DNA of 64,000 nucleotides, from the NCBI GenBank assembly GCA_976226885.1, contig OZ320316.1, positions 50,592,001 through 50,656,000 of the forward strand. The letters are read 5' to 3'. The translations under genes and the position numbers were made by a program. The notes under the pieces were generated by a model. The model searched no databases and was not told the origin of the DNA. It saw only the letters and a list, made by a program, of their open reading frames with translations. The stretch is from Iphione sp. A-MEVVRFRX5 (lineage: Eukaryota). Positions 1 through 12,500 of this stretch are shown piece after piece (positions within the stretch are counted from its first letter, which is position 1; every line of letters begins with the position of its first letter).

Positions 1-579
1 ATCGGATTATATATTACTTAGCAGTAAGGCGTTGGTATGCAGTGAAACATTCTCTCAAGTCTGGCAGTGGCCGTGAACCTGAACGATGTAATAAGAATGG
101 GGGAGGGGAGCATTATGATAGATGAAGGAAACTGATCCAGAGATGTATTGTAATGACCTGAATGTTGATAACCGTGTGTTCTATCATCTCGGTTCCCTGA
201 TAGCTAGAGGCCCTTGTACCCTGATTGATTAGTGTTTTCTTCAACGACCTCTGTCATTAACATTCAATTAGGTCTCAGTTTGATGTCGGATGTTGGCATA
301 TATTGCTTAACAGACAACGGCTACATCGATTATTGTAATCTTAACTCCAGAAATTGAAGTAAATATTCTTGTAAAGCGATCAATTGGAACCCGTGACAAT
401 CCATCATCTGTTCAGTGTTTTGTTGTTGCAGAAACTAATATATACATAAAGGAGAAAGGAGAAAAACGCGGCTTGTGTGGTTTTCTTAGGATAATGGAGC
501 ATCGGTTTATTGTGGAGGAGGCAGGCGTGGTTGCTTTCCCTCGACTAGTGTCCCCCTTGCTCCTACTTACAGCAGTGCC

Positions 580-1157
580 CGTACTCCCAACCAATCAGTG
601 CGCAGCCTGTTCGACCCCCACCCGTTCTCCATGCGCCCTCTACCGGAATAGGGGTCGCTCAGCCTCAGTCCACCAGCCAGCCAGTCACTGAGCGTTGTCT
701 GGGCAGAGCGCTCACACGTCGCTGGGAGAAAAAGCTTAACTGGCAATTTCTCTGTTGTCTATACTTGGCCCAGTACCACACTCTTTACTCGTCGGAGTAC
801 CAACAGGCGTAAACGCAGTGTAAACACGGCTAGCATTTAATCGACGTTCTACTTTGAGTCCACCTGGTTGATATATTCTACCCATCTTACCTTGACAGAC
901 TGATTCACCCGAGCCGGACAGCTGCCCTGGGATAAGGCGCTAGGAGTGGCTCGCAAGGGCCGCAAGAGAGGGCGCTGGGCGTCACGCTTCAACGTCGGTC
1001 CAGACCGAGGAGAACTACCCCGTGTAGCACAGCGGTGCGATGTCGTACCCCGGAGGAGTATACCTGTAGGCCTGATACAGGTGACCCCTGGAGAACTCTA
1101 GCTTTACCAGCTAGATCAGCGCCATCACCTTTCACAGCGGGGGATGATGAGCGATGG
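580..1157. promoter_or_regulatory. GC/CpG-richer putative promoter region upstream of the collagen gene
   Basis: CCAATCAG at about 591 and a CTCF-like CCGGTAGAGGGCGC on the - strand at 633-646. GC/CpG content is locally raised. Splice donors point outward at 1158 (+, GTAAGT) and 890 (-, GTAAGA). Confidence 0.45.
960..1157 (+). other. Candidate first exon of the collagen gene (5' UTR, possibly ending in ATG-G); start position uncertain
   Basis: Strong donor ATGG|GTAAGT at 1157/1158. The exon at 6524 begins with an acceptor, so an upstream exon must exist. Joining gives GCG ATG G|GA AGA ATG (in-frame M-G-R-M). Other upstream donors, such as about 1312 and 3566, cannot be excluded. Confidence 0.4.
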
Positions 1158-4100
1158 GTAAGTCATTCGCAAATTTCTAAGACTTTTTCTCCCTTGAGGA
1201 TTGACCTTGTATCATGAACCATATCGACCCGACACTATCAATCTGATAATCAGGCTTGCTTTTAAAAAGGCAACCCCAAAACAAACTTTGACACATGTTA
1301 CATGAATAACAGGTAATTATCATTTTGGTATGTCCTCTCGTCAATCTTCTAGAAAGATGTCCTCTGGTAAAAGGTAAATCTTGAGGCTACATGCTAATAC
1401 AAATTTGCACCCCGGCATCAATTTCACTTAAAAAAAAAAATCTTTGGTTCCATGCTGCATGACCGAATGCGAACGACGTATGTCGATCCGTCGGACCAGA
1501 AAGATTGAGTTTACCAGTACTTGCAGGAAACGACACATAGCCTGGTACGATCTATCTTAAGGTCTAAATGCTTCAGCGTGAATAAATGTGGCAGGCGCCT
1601 CTGCAGAGGGCAAGGCAAACCTTTGGGTTTCCACTGTTATGTCTAGATCATTCAGAAAAAGTCCTCTTCATGTCTGACTGCGGCCGAAAGCTAGACTTAA
1701 ACCCCAGATGCGTGCTATAATCAACGCCCAGGAGCGTTTTCGCATAACATGGTTTTTACTATTGTCTTTTTTGGGTGTCCCAGTGGAAGCACATGTGGTT
1801 TTGTCTGACTTTTAGAGCAGATAAACTTTGCCTTTGGACTGGTTTGTATTAAAGCATACCCAAGAACACGAGATATAGTGACACACCCACAGTGCCACCA
1901 ACTCACAACCCTCAAGGGTTTTTTGTAACAATTATGGCAGATCTTAACTGCTAACAGGATACAACAGAGGACCTGAATTGTGTCTTGATCCTTTTCAAAT
2001 AGATAATATTATCATCTCCGATTATTTCAATGATTCTTGATATAATACATGTACTATAAGAAAGCTGTTACATATATATTCAAAAGTGGCACGACTGCAG
2101 CATTCCCGCAGATTTTTGTAATTATTTTATCAATGTTCGGTCAAACAAGGTTGGACGAAAGGAAACGCTTTAAGCACAGTTTATACCAACTGCAGTTTGT
2201 GGTAATAAATGAAGTATAGAAACTTTATGAGCCGGTTCGGATCGCCTTCCCTGGTTCGCCGCATGGATGTGTAGATGAGGGAATGTGATTTCCTCCTCCA
2301 GTTAGAGGTCATGTCATTTTTCGCGCAATAAACGTCTTGAGATTCTGATGTCAAACATAAATATCTCATCTACATACCAGTATGGAAGTCTCCTCACTTG
2401 GTTTATTTTTCAATTATGAGGTTGGAATTCCATTGCAGACGCCTCAATTTGTCGTGTGTAGTCGCAGAGTTGGCACTTGTCAGACTCCACTTTAAAATGC
2501 GGAGAACGTAAGAAGTAATGATTCTCACTAGGCTGCCCAGTGAAGCCCATGGGGACTAATCAATTCAGCTTTAAGAGTAGAGAGGACCCTACAGAATCTC
2601 AAACTATCTTACTTTATCAGATGGCACATTAAACATAGTAGAGACATGAACTAAAATAAGATATTGTGTGTGAGGGCAATTCTCTCTCCTTCTCCAGGTA
2701 CGTGTACTTGCAAAAGGGACCCTTCCCAGATCAATAAAGCACTGAGAATGACAAAATATATTGTTGAATTTACCCTGTGAAAAAAATTTACTCATGAAAT
2801 TATGAAAGAAAGTATTCCAAACATTCCAAATGATTAACAGCTGCAAGGCCTTATTGGCACCAGAATCCCTCCTTTATTGAGTCAACTGGTCCATATACTT
2901 TCCCTTGCGTCTAATCATGCTTGCCCGTATCGATGACACTGACATCAAGTTAACAGATGGGTTTTTAGCGGGTGTGTCTGGCTGCTCTTGCTTCACGACA
3001 GGGAGCACGTCAGAGGCGGTATTCGTTAAAGAGGCTCACGGTGCAGCCACGTCTGGTGTGCGCTGAAACGGTGCCGAGCAGTTTACACAAGAGTGACTCG
3101 CTCTGAAACCGCTGCTGGCCCCAAGGAAAAGACGGCGCCCGGATGCCCTTGACGGAGAAAACGGTTCCCTCCTGTATGAGGCCTTCCGCCTTTTTTCGAT
3201 GGGATAATGGATTTTTTTTGGCCTTGCATGCTATTTTGTTGTACTTCATTTTTTTTGTTGCTTTTACCTTTTATTATGCTTCTCAAGGTCTTTCGGCGGG
3301 GTCTACATCCGCTGGGGTTGTTTCCTGCCCGTGCATCATGCGCCAGAATGTGAGGCTTGGCCGGCCAGGTCGTACAACGACAGCTCCTAATTTGGTGGAC
3401 CTGACCCGCCCCTCCACCTTCTCTGCCGCCTACTGCAACCCCCCTGCCCTCTGGCGGCTTTATGGTGATAGCATAATGTGCCCTCAGACCATCATTCTAA
3501 TATGTTGGACATGTAGGCGCATGAAGTTTTGTTCATCTTGCAGCTCCCTCTCTGTTTCTTATAAGGTAGGACCCAGAAGGCACCGAGTCTAAACGTGGGG
3601 CCCAAATTGATGGTTGTGATGAAGTAGTGGAACCATTGCGTCTGTCATGGGGGTATATACGTTGGTGAAAATTAGCTTCCACTCCATGTAAGTAGGCCAC
3701 AGTTTGCTGCTGGTGAAAAAAAATGGACAGACAGAGAGGGAAGTGAGAACAGAAATACAACGTGTGGGCTACAAGAGGGGCAATAAACGTGTAGTCTTTA
3801 TTGATGTATTGATTGAGGAAAATACACTACGTGTGTGTTAGGTGGTCTGAAATTGAGTTAACGACGAATCATATCGGCTCTATTGAATTAGTTCATACCA
3901 AGTAGATATTACATCGGAGTGAATTACAGAAACTTGTTAATGTCAACGGATATCGTTATAAGATAGACCCTTGAAATGTATCCCGTATGATGGTGTATAT
4001 CTTTCTAAATAGCAGCAAGAACAGGCCTATTCTCCAACTCGAGAACGATTGTACCCCAGAGATGAGTCCGGGTTCGGCAAGGTCGAATTAACTCCAACCC

Positions 4101-6528
4101 CCTTTTATTATATCTTTCGACAATTGTGGAACTCTAGTTATTGCGCAGCGGAGGACATTTTCTGGACTCAATATGAGAATCGCTTAGGGCTGTTCACAGG
4201 AAGATGACGTGTTTTGATAGCAAGGAGTGGAATAAGTACATACATGTGAAAGACACATGTTCTCCAAACCCATAGGCGATAACGGATCTGGCAGCATGTG
4301 GATATTGACAGAGATGAACGTGACAAAGTTTGTGTTACACTGCTGGCTTTCCTTTAGGCTCACTGTCGTAATTTTCTACGCCCTACCCAAGAGTTCCTTG
4401 CGACTCGTTCTTGATGTAGACGCCTATGGTATTGCTCCTGTTGTGGTTGCTGCCTAGCAGGTAGTCAAGCAGACTCTAAAACAAGAACCACATACACACA
4501 CACACGCTTCCTTTTTTCGAGAAGGAGTTTCCCTTCAGATATTATTCCTTCCTTACCACAATGGATGTCCAGCCCGTCCCATGCTCTCTATTCATGCAGG
4601 TTTGAGGCCAGACGTGATATTCATTCCCCTCGCTGTACCCAAGCAAATAGACTCCTCAGATCGACTATAATTCACCAGGCAGGAATGTTGCGAAGAAGTC
4701 GCATTGGTGCATAGATGGTGAACATCGGTATTGTGTGCATTCACAGAAGAATGCGAGCGTCGGGGAGTGACTCCGGCCTAGTCATGGCTAATGTTTATCG
4801 CCTGTGCACTATTATAGACCTATTTTCGTCACATGCACGTACTCTGTAATGGTGCCATGCACCACAGAGAACAAAAGAGAACAGATCACTGCTGCCTCTT
4901 GAATGTAATTCAAGCTATACATGTTGCATTGTTTCCATCAAGAACTAGATGAACAATCGATTACCCACAAAGCAACAATGATTGCGAACAAAATTATGCT
5001 ACATAAGTATCTTGTTGACTAAGGCTGCATTTCCATGCATGCATGGACCATGCGTGTGTGTTTTTGGATAGAATCATTGTTATTAGATGTGTAAACTGAA
5101 AAACAGTGAAAATGTGCAACGGCATGTGTACAGCAGTTATCAGATTAACAGAAACACGCCCTTACAGGTTCTTACACAACATGCCCCATGCCTATATGTG
5201 ACAGCGACATCCAGCCCAATTCAATATAATATCCCCCCCTTGCTTCCTCACATCATCCCGGATAAACCCAGATCAGACTAGATTATAGTCCAGGTGAAAA
5301 ACAACTTAGACAAAATATTAACACAGTGCATTCCACAACTTCCCTCATCTACCCCAAGCCTACCCCCAAGCAGGGAGGAAATGATCATGGATTTCCACAT
5401 CGGCGTGTGGCCGCCTGTCTGCTCCTTCACCGGTTTTAAAAATTCCAGATGTTGACGGACCATAATGAGCAATATCCCCCCAGTTTCCTCCGGTCTCCCC
5501 CGCAGAACCGGAGCAGCCCTAGTGGGATACAATTTCCCTGTGCACCTCCAAGCTGCTAGTCGTCATTACTGGCGCCAAACACCTTTGGCCCACAGTGGCA
5601 GCTGTGTTGGGTCGGGTGGGGCAGGGTCTCTGAACTATATGACTCCACATCGCACGCTCTCTGCATGACCACTGTGACTTATATATCAGTTTATATTACT
5701 GGAAGGAATATCAGACATTGAATTGGTTCTTGTTAATTTGAAAACTTCATATCCCATGAAGGATGAAGCAAATGTGGTTTCTATGAAGTGCACATTCATA
5801 TTACAGTTCATTTTGTATCTTTATGAATGAATGGATACGTGCTGTGCGTATTCTTCTATACAATTAAAGGTAATCCACGCATTCATTTTCATTAACATTT
5901 TAAAATCGAGTACAGTTTCACTAGTATTCAGTCTTATTCTCTTAAATCAACGAAGCAGGTTCATATGGAGACCATAAACTATTTAGAATGCCCAGACTCT
6001 CTCTCTAGCCTCTCAACCTAGTTCAACTTTTACCCAGTTTAGTGAGGACTCGTGACTAAGGTTTGTCCCCTCTGCAAAAGCTCGGATTCATCGCTCAGTG
6101 TCACAGTTTCATTCTGAACAGTGTGGTGGGCCTCAAATGAAGAAATACTGTGTCCTTGCATCCATTGTTTTGCCTCGTGTCTGGTCCAAAGTGCACAAAA
6201 TGTCATTTACAAACCTACAAAGCAGCTTAAGAGACACGCGATTCATCTTACCAACTGTTTTCCAGTCATGTACATTTTTCTTGAATAGTTATCACTCAGA
6301 GACAAATGCATTCACCTCTGTATTAAGCAGATTTACTGTAGTAACAAATAGTGAAGAAGCACAGGATAAATGGAACTTTAATCTTTCACATTTTATACAA
6401 ATAGATCTATTTGATGTATAAAAGTATGATTTCACCTATCAACAGAATAATGGTAGTTATATAACACCTAATATGATTCGTTTTACTTATAATTATGCAT
6501 TCATAATTTCTTGTTTTTAACAGGAAGA

Positions 6529-6589
6529 ATGGCCCGATCGGTGATAGTCTTCGTTGTAGGATCTCTCTTAGTCCTCTCTACAAACAGCC
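6529..6589 (+). CDS. Collagen coding exon 1: signal peptide [20 protein letters not shown]
   Basis: Acceptor TTTTTAACAG at 6523, AGAATGG Kozak context, hydrophobic core, donor C|GTAAGT (phase 1) matching the next exon. Confidence 0.78.
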
Positions 6590-9500
6590 GTAAGTACCTT
6601 GATCCCTCGATCTGGTTTGCTTTTCCAAAAATATTACTATTGCATCCATATAGGGGGCTTCATAATTGGCCTAGCAGGAGACCTAACTAGCCTCAGCCAG
6701 CCATTGATTTCTAGGGCAAATTTGGATGAAGCCCAGAAAAATCAATACAGTCAAGTGTGACATAAGCCTTGTGCAAATTTTGAAACCTATCGTGTGCGGA
6801 ACAGGTATTTAACATATCCTATGCGTCATTCGCTCCCAGCTGTTATCATTTTGCGTGCATATTATTTCTCCAAAATATAGCAATGAAATACTTCTTGTAT
6901 AGTTGGTGTTTCCCCTGCCCGTCCACTGGTTGCCTTTTCATCCCATTAACTTGTTCCCTAGATGCTTTTGATATGAAATCTATTATACCGTGGCTATTCT
7001 CCACATGACCAAAGTCCCTACTTTTTGACATGGCTTCGAAGACCACACTGTCACTGTGTGGCCAGCAGGCGACAGGGACACTCAGAAGCCTGGCAAAAAA
7101 TCTGTACATTTGGCAACATTTTATGCATTTAGAAGGAAAATCATATAGGAAAAGTTTCCTTTCTGCGAACAGATCAAATAACCTAGCTTTAAACGACATA
7201 TTTGGTGACAGACATTAACCTCATATACAGCCTATGGAAAGATACCTAGATACGTAGTCCTTGAAATCAGAGAAGCTTGCCGTGTGGACATTGTAAAGAG
7301 TGGGACAGTTTATAGAATTGGGAGGATAAACAGCTCTCATGTCCCTGTTGTCTGCAAGATGTGAAATATGACCCACTCATTGACTCTACAAAGGGTACTT
7401 GTGAATGACAGTTCGCAGCGTCCATTTATTTCGACCGAAATATGTGACGGAGTTCTACGCCAATCGAATCCATCTAGAGTAATATACATAGTGGAGGATC
7501 GGTCTTAAGCTGAGGTGTGGTGGAAAAGGTAGGCTAATGTTTGAAGTCAAACGGTAGATTCCCTCATGATAGACATACAAAGAGTATATGCAGTAGCTTC
7601 TCGACACTTTACACAGAAAGGAAGCATTAGAAATAAAAATCACTTTCATTTGGGGTCAGAATGGGGGGGGGGCGTTAGTGGTGGCAGCCACTGGGGCAAC
7701 AGTATATCGCAAAGGGAGAAGGTTGAAGAATTAAAACAATCAAGTCAAGATTTGTCAGTCCAAAGTACAACCAGCGCTGTAGTAACTTTACAGCCTTAAT
7801 GGAAAACCCTCTTCCAGCAGAGGATATCTAACAAGTAGACGGTTTATTTTTTTTTCGGAAACTCCGGATCAGCCTACAGTGGGCATGCCGCAATGTCAAG
7901 AGGCTGACCTCTATGTCAGACACGAGAGTATAATGACGGTGACGTGCGCCCTCTGCTGCTCCTGTGTAAACCCAAACTGTCAGGATCCGCCCGAGTTGCC
8001 CGACAGGGGTTTACAGGCTCTCGGTTTCTTCAGGGATGAGGCCGCCACTGCCTTGTACCTGTCACCAAACTTCGTGGTATCATTCGTTATACTGGCTGTA
8101 CTGTGTACATGTCATACCAGTGGCCATCATGTGATGGCATTCTACGGAAGAGGACACCGGCAATCTTCAGTAACAGTTAATTGTGGCACCGTTTCTGGAT
8201 TATTTGATCATTAATTAAAGAATTACTTTCGGGGTGCATGGGTGTTTCATAAACAACAAGTCATCCTGAAGAAACCATGTTTGAAAGCGTGTTACGATGG
8301 CTGCTGAAAAACGTATTCCATCTTGACAGAGAGGTGCCAACTGTTTTATTTCCAAAGGCCACTCGATGTGAACATTTAGTTTATGGTTTCCATAAACATG
8401 ACATTTGCCAGTCACGCCGAACGGAAACGTGACACTTCAAACGTGGATGTTTCAAAGTGCGCGGAAAGTTCAACTGAAAGTTCAAGTTGGATATTACTAT
8501 ATATATCATGAATACAATGTATTCTTAAAGCTTATATGATGTAAATAATAGTCCTTCGATGAAAAGGACAATGGTATCTGAACCATGTAATGGGACTTCA
8601 TAAATTCATCACGAAGAACTTATTAAAAGTACCAATCGTAGGCTTCATTGCCCTCTGTTCTTCTGCAGGTACATATGTTTAGTTACGTTCGAGTTTAGGT
8701 TCATATACATACAGTTTTACCTCACTCTTCCTACGCCATTCTGATCAAACGGTGGTCCTGTCAGCGTCAGTCACGACCTCTGGCCGGTTATATTTTTTAA
8801 TCTCCCCATCCCACTGTGTATGAAGCTGCCGCCTGCATGACAATAGCACATGGTATGGCGGTTGTAGTTAGACTTTCCAACACGTTCAATTATTATACAT
8901 GTGGGTGCTAGGATACAGTCATCGCAAATGCTATAATCATTTGATTTTTATCAAAATTTTATCTCTATATAGATATAAATGTACAAATATGGATATACAC
9001 GTAAGCGTACGGACATGAATGACATTTCCAAAATCGAGAATGCAAAAAGTACCCACGACTGTGGAAGTGTTCAAACATGATCTCAAGACATTTGAAAGCC
9101 GTACGTCAAACTCGAAATTCCTCACATTTTCTGCCTTCTCTCTGTGAAATTGAAAACCTACGCGTTTGAAACATGCGCCCGAGTGTTGTGGGACGGCGAA
9201 AAACCTGCTTGTAGCATTAGCTGGAGGTAATTATGCTTTCCCTCTCCTCCGTCGCCTGTCTCCTCCAACGGCGGGGTGGTCCCCTTGTCAACTTGTCGTC
9301 AAACGTCCACGTTGAGAAGTGGCGTGTTATCTCGGTTGAAGGATGCTGCCATCAAATGCAGTCGGGTATCTCTAATCATCGCTGGCAGACGAGTTGCTCG
9401 CGGCGTGGCGCTGCCGTCGCCGTGGAGTAGAAGATCCGGAGAGCTGCTCTATCGGCCTCCGACAGCTATGGTCACAGGCGCCACGCCTACAAGTTTGTGT

Positions 9501-12500
9501 GTGCTCATCAGTCTCTTAAAAAGAACCTCGCGGTAGTGGAAGTATCACTGTAAGATTTTACCCACCCATGCTAAAGTGTTGGTGGCTTAATTTTATCTTA
9601 GGTGTGGCTAACATTCCAAATTCAAGTGCTGCCGTATGTTGACGCACGAGTCAATGGGTACAAAGTTCCTAGGTACACAAACGTTGGGGACACCGGACAA
9701 CAAACAGGATGTTGATCTTGGAAGGGATCCTGAACACCAGCCTGACTCTAAACATGGCATCCGGTTCGTACAATCTTGTCTAAAAGTAATATCTTTTTCT
9801 GTCCTTGTCCATACTACCCCTTGACAAAAGTGCCAGAATAGAGGGTGTGGTTTAGACAAAACAAAAGTGGCTTATTTTCTTGGTTATTCTTGGATCACAT
9901 CTTGTGCGTTCATGAAGTATCACCAACAGAAATCACGGGCAGTCACGGCATGCTGCCATGTCCATACATCCCCAGAATGGTGCTACATGGCTTCTAAGAT
10001 CGGCCAGACCCATACACGGAGGCCTAGTTCTTGGCCCGAAAGTGCCTATCCTTCAGGAGTAAAACTAACAGTCCACCTCAATGCAACGGCGTTATGTTTC
10101 CAGGCGATAATATTGAATTTGTGTGGCGACACAAAAATGCTATTGAGTCAACTTTTTGAAGATATCTCCAACTGTAACAATGATTTCCTTCTTTTTCTGT
10201 ATTTGTTTCCTGATCACATCGAATAATATAAAATAATGCAAGAACACATTAAGGAATTAGTGCAAGGAAGGGAACGAAAGATAACTTATATTCCTCCATA
10301 TGTCAGTATGTAGCAGTATTATTTTTGACAAGGAGGAAGAGAGGAAAAGACACAAAGAGGTTTATCGTAGGGATGACGAATGAATGATAAACGTTATCCC
10401 CTTGATGAAATGCGCAAAGGAGTCTGCATGACCATCGACATACAGTCGAACGCCGACTTTGCGACCACCCCTCCATCCGAGGTCAAGTGGTCATATTAGC
10501 GAGAATGGTCACAAATTGGTAATTGTTAATGTAGCAATCAAGACCTCTGCAGTGCCGAGCTCATGTGTATAAAGATTTGAAAGTAATCTTATCTGATTGC
10601 CCTTTTTGTCAGGCGATTAAGAATATCGGTACTTGTATGAGGGGTTGGAGAAATGTAGTTTGTTAGTAGAGATGTCGGTCGGCCGACAAATAGGTTGGTA
10701 TGTACATGTTCATGCCTGCAGGTATGTAGGCCAACTCATTTGGTCGACAGTACACTTCTGAAGTCAGGAAAGATGGTAAGGACAGGGGCAGTGGCCCTCT
10801 TATGTGAAACAGAAGCCATTATTGCTGTTGAAAGAGGACGTTCCATACATGCGAGATTTGTAAATTCAGCTGTTAGGATACATAAACAAAAAAACAAAGT
10901 CTGTTGTAACATTTTAGACTAAGTTTGATTTTGGAGAGACGCTAACATAAGTACCACAGAAAACTAGATGTTGTATACAATTATTTCTTTCTCCTTTACT
11001 AAAGATACCGTCTTTTTCTTCATATTGCATCTGTAAAATGCGAAAGCGCTTTGGAAAGTTGTGTGCCTACTTATAGAAGGAAGACATGAAATACTGACAG
11101 AGAAAAATGGACTATCTTGAACCCAAGACTTTCTAAATGGAGTGATATAGCTTGAAATAAGCACATAAGTTATGTCTGGTTCCCAGACCATATCGTGTGT
11201 ATGCGCACGTGTCACACTTCAGTTAGGGAGCTAGGGGATGGGCTTGCCTTTCGTGGGGCGCATGTCCTCCATATGTTTAATTGGCAGCGTCGTAGCTTGA
11301 CATGTCACCTAATTCTGTCAGGTTGAATAGATATGCCTTTCACAGGTATATGTAATCTTATACTGACAGCAAGAGATAGTGCTTTAAGGGGTCTTTGCTA
11401 CAAACACAGCATCACCTTGGTAGGCGAAGTTCAACGTGGCCTCAGCGATAGGCTTGGGATAGGATTATTTGCCAATGTGGCATGCATCGGTTCCCAAACG
11501 GCAGATCCTTCATCCCTGTCTGTGCCCTGCTTATTTACATCTCGGCCAGTCATATCTACACATAAGCAAATCATGCGGGGGCCACAACACACCTGCCCTG
11601 TAAGTCTCTTAAGACACCACTGAGGGCCCAAGGAGTAATCCGAGCTGGCTTGCTTACACTTCAACTGATGAATGGTGCCGACCTGTATCCCTACGACTTA
11701 TCCCCTCAGTGCCTCCATTTCCTTTGCCTCTGTTATATGAATTGCCTTTTCTTTCATCGACCCACTCTAAAAATGCCTTTGTTCTTTTTGTTTCATTCTA
11801 TAAAAAGTGCATCTTATTTTATGATCTATGCTGAGTGGGAACGTATCATCTCCGCCATAATTTTACAGTCACAAAAGCAACAATTCTGGCTAAAGATCAA
11901 GGCAAAGTGAAGAAATGTGAGCAAATTTAATATACAGTTTTTGGCATGAAATATAGTTCACAAGGCTTTTCAACCCCACTTTCCTTATACTGCTGTGAAA
12001 AACACAGCTGTATCTATGAAAATTGGGAACTTTTCCTGTCCAAAAACATGCTATTATGGCCATGGAAACACGGCTGCGTTTCCATGTTAAAAGGAAACTA
12101 CCTTGATATGAGCAATGATCCCTAAAAATCACACAAATATGGCCGTAAAAAACACGTCTAAGGAAATTTAGCCTAAATTGTCATAGCCTATGGGGGTTGC
12201 AGTAATAGCTTTTAGCTACAACTTCTGCTCTCCGGCCACTTGTAAACCAATCGTTTGTTTGTCTTAGAATGTCGGAAATGTGCAAACGTGATCCCTTGAT
12301 ATAAAGTACGGCTGATATCTGTATTACTGCAGATGCCTTTTAGCTATCGGGAGGGGCTCCTTGACGTTAACGGATCTCTTTTTTGTTACAAAATGTAGAC
12401 GTGTTTATAAAGCACAAAACTAGAGTTTTTAATGGTGTACTATGGCTTGTTCTTTACTGAGTCACCTGTCAGCTAGCATTGCTGGGCACAGTTCTCTACA

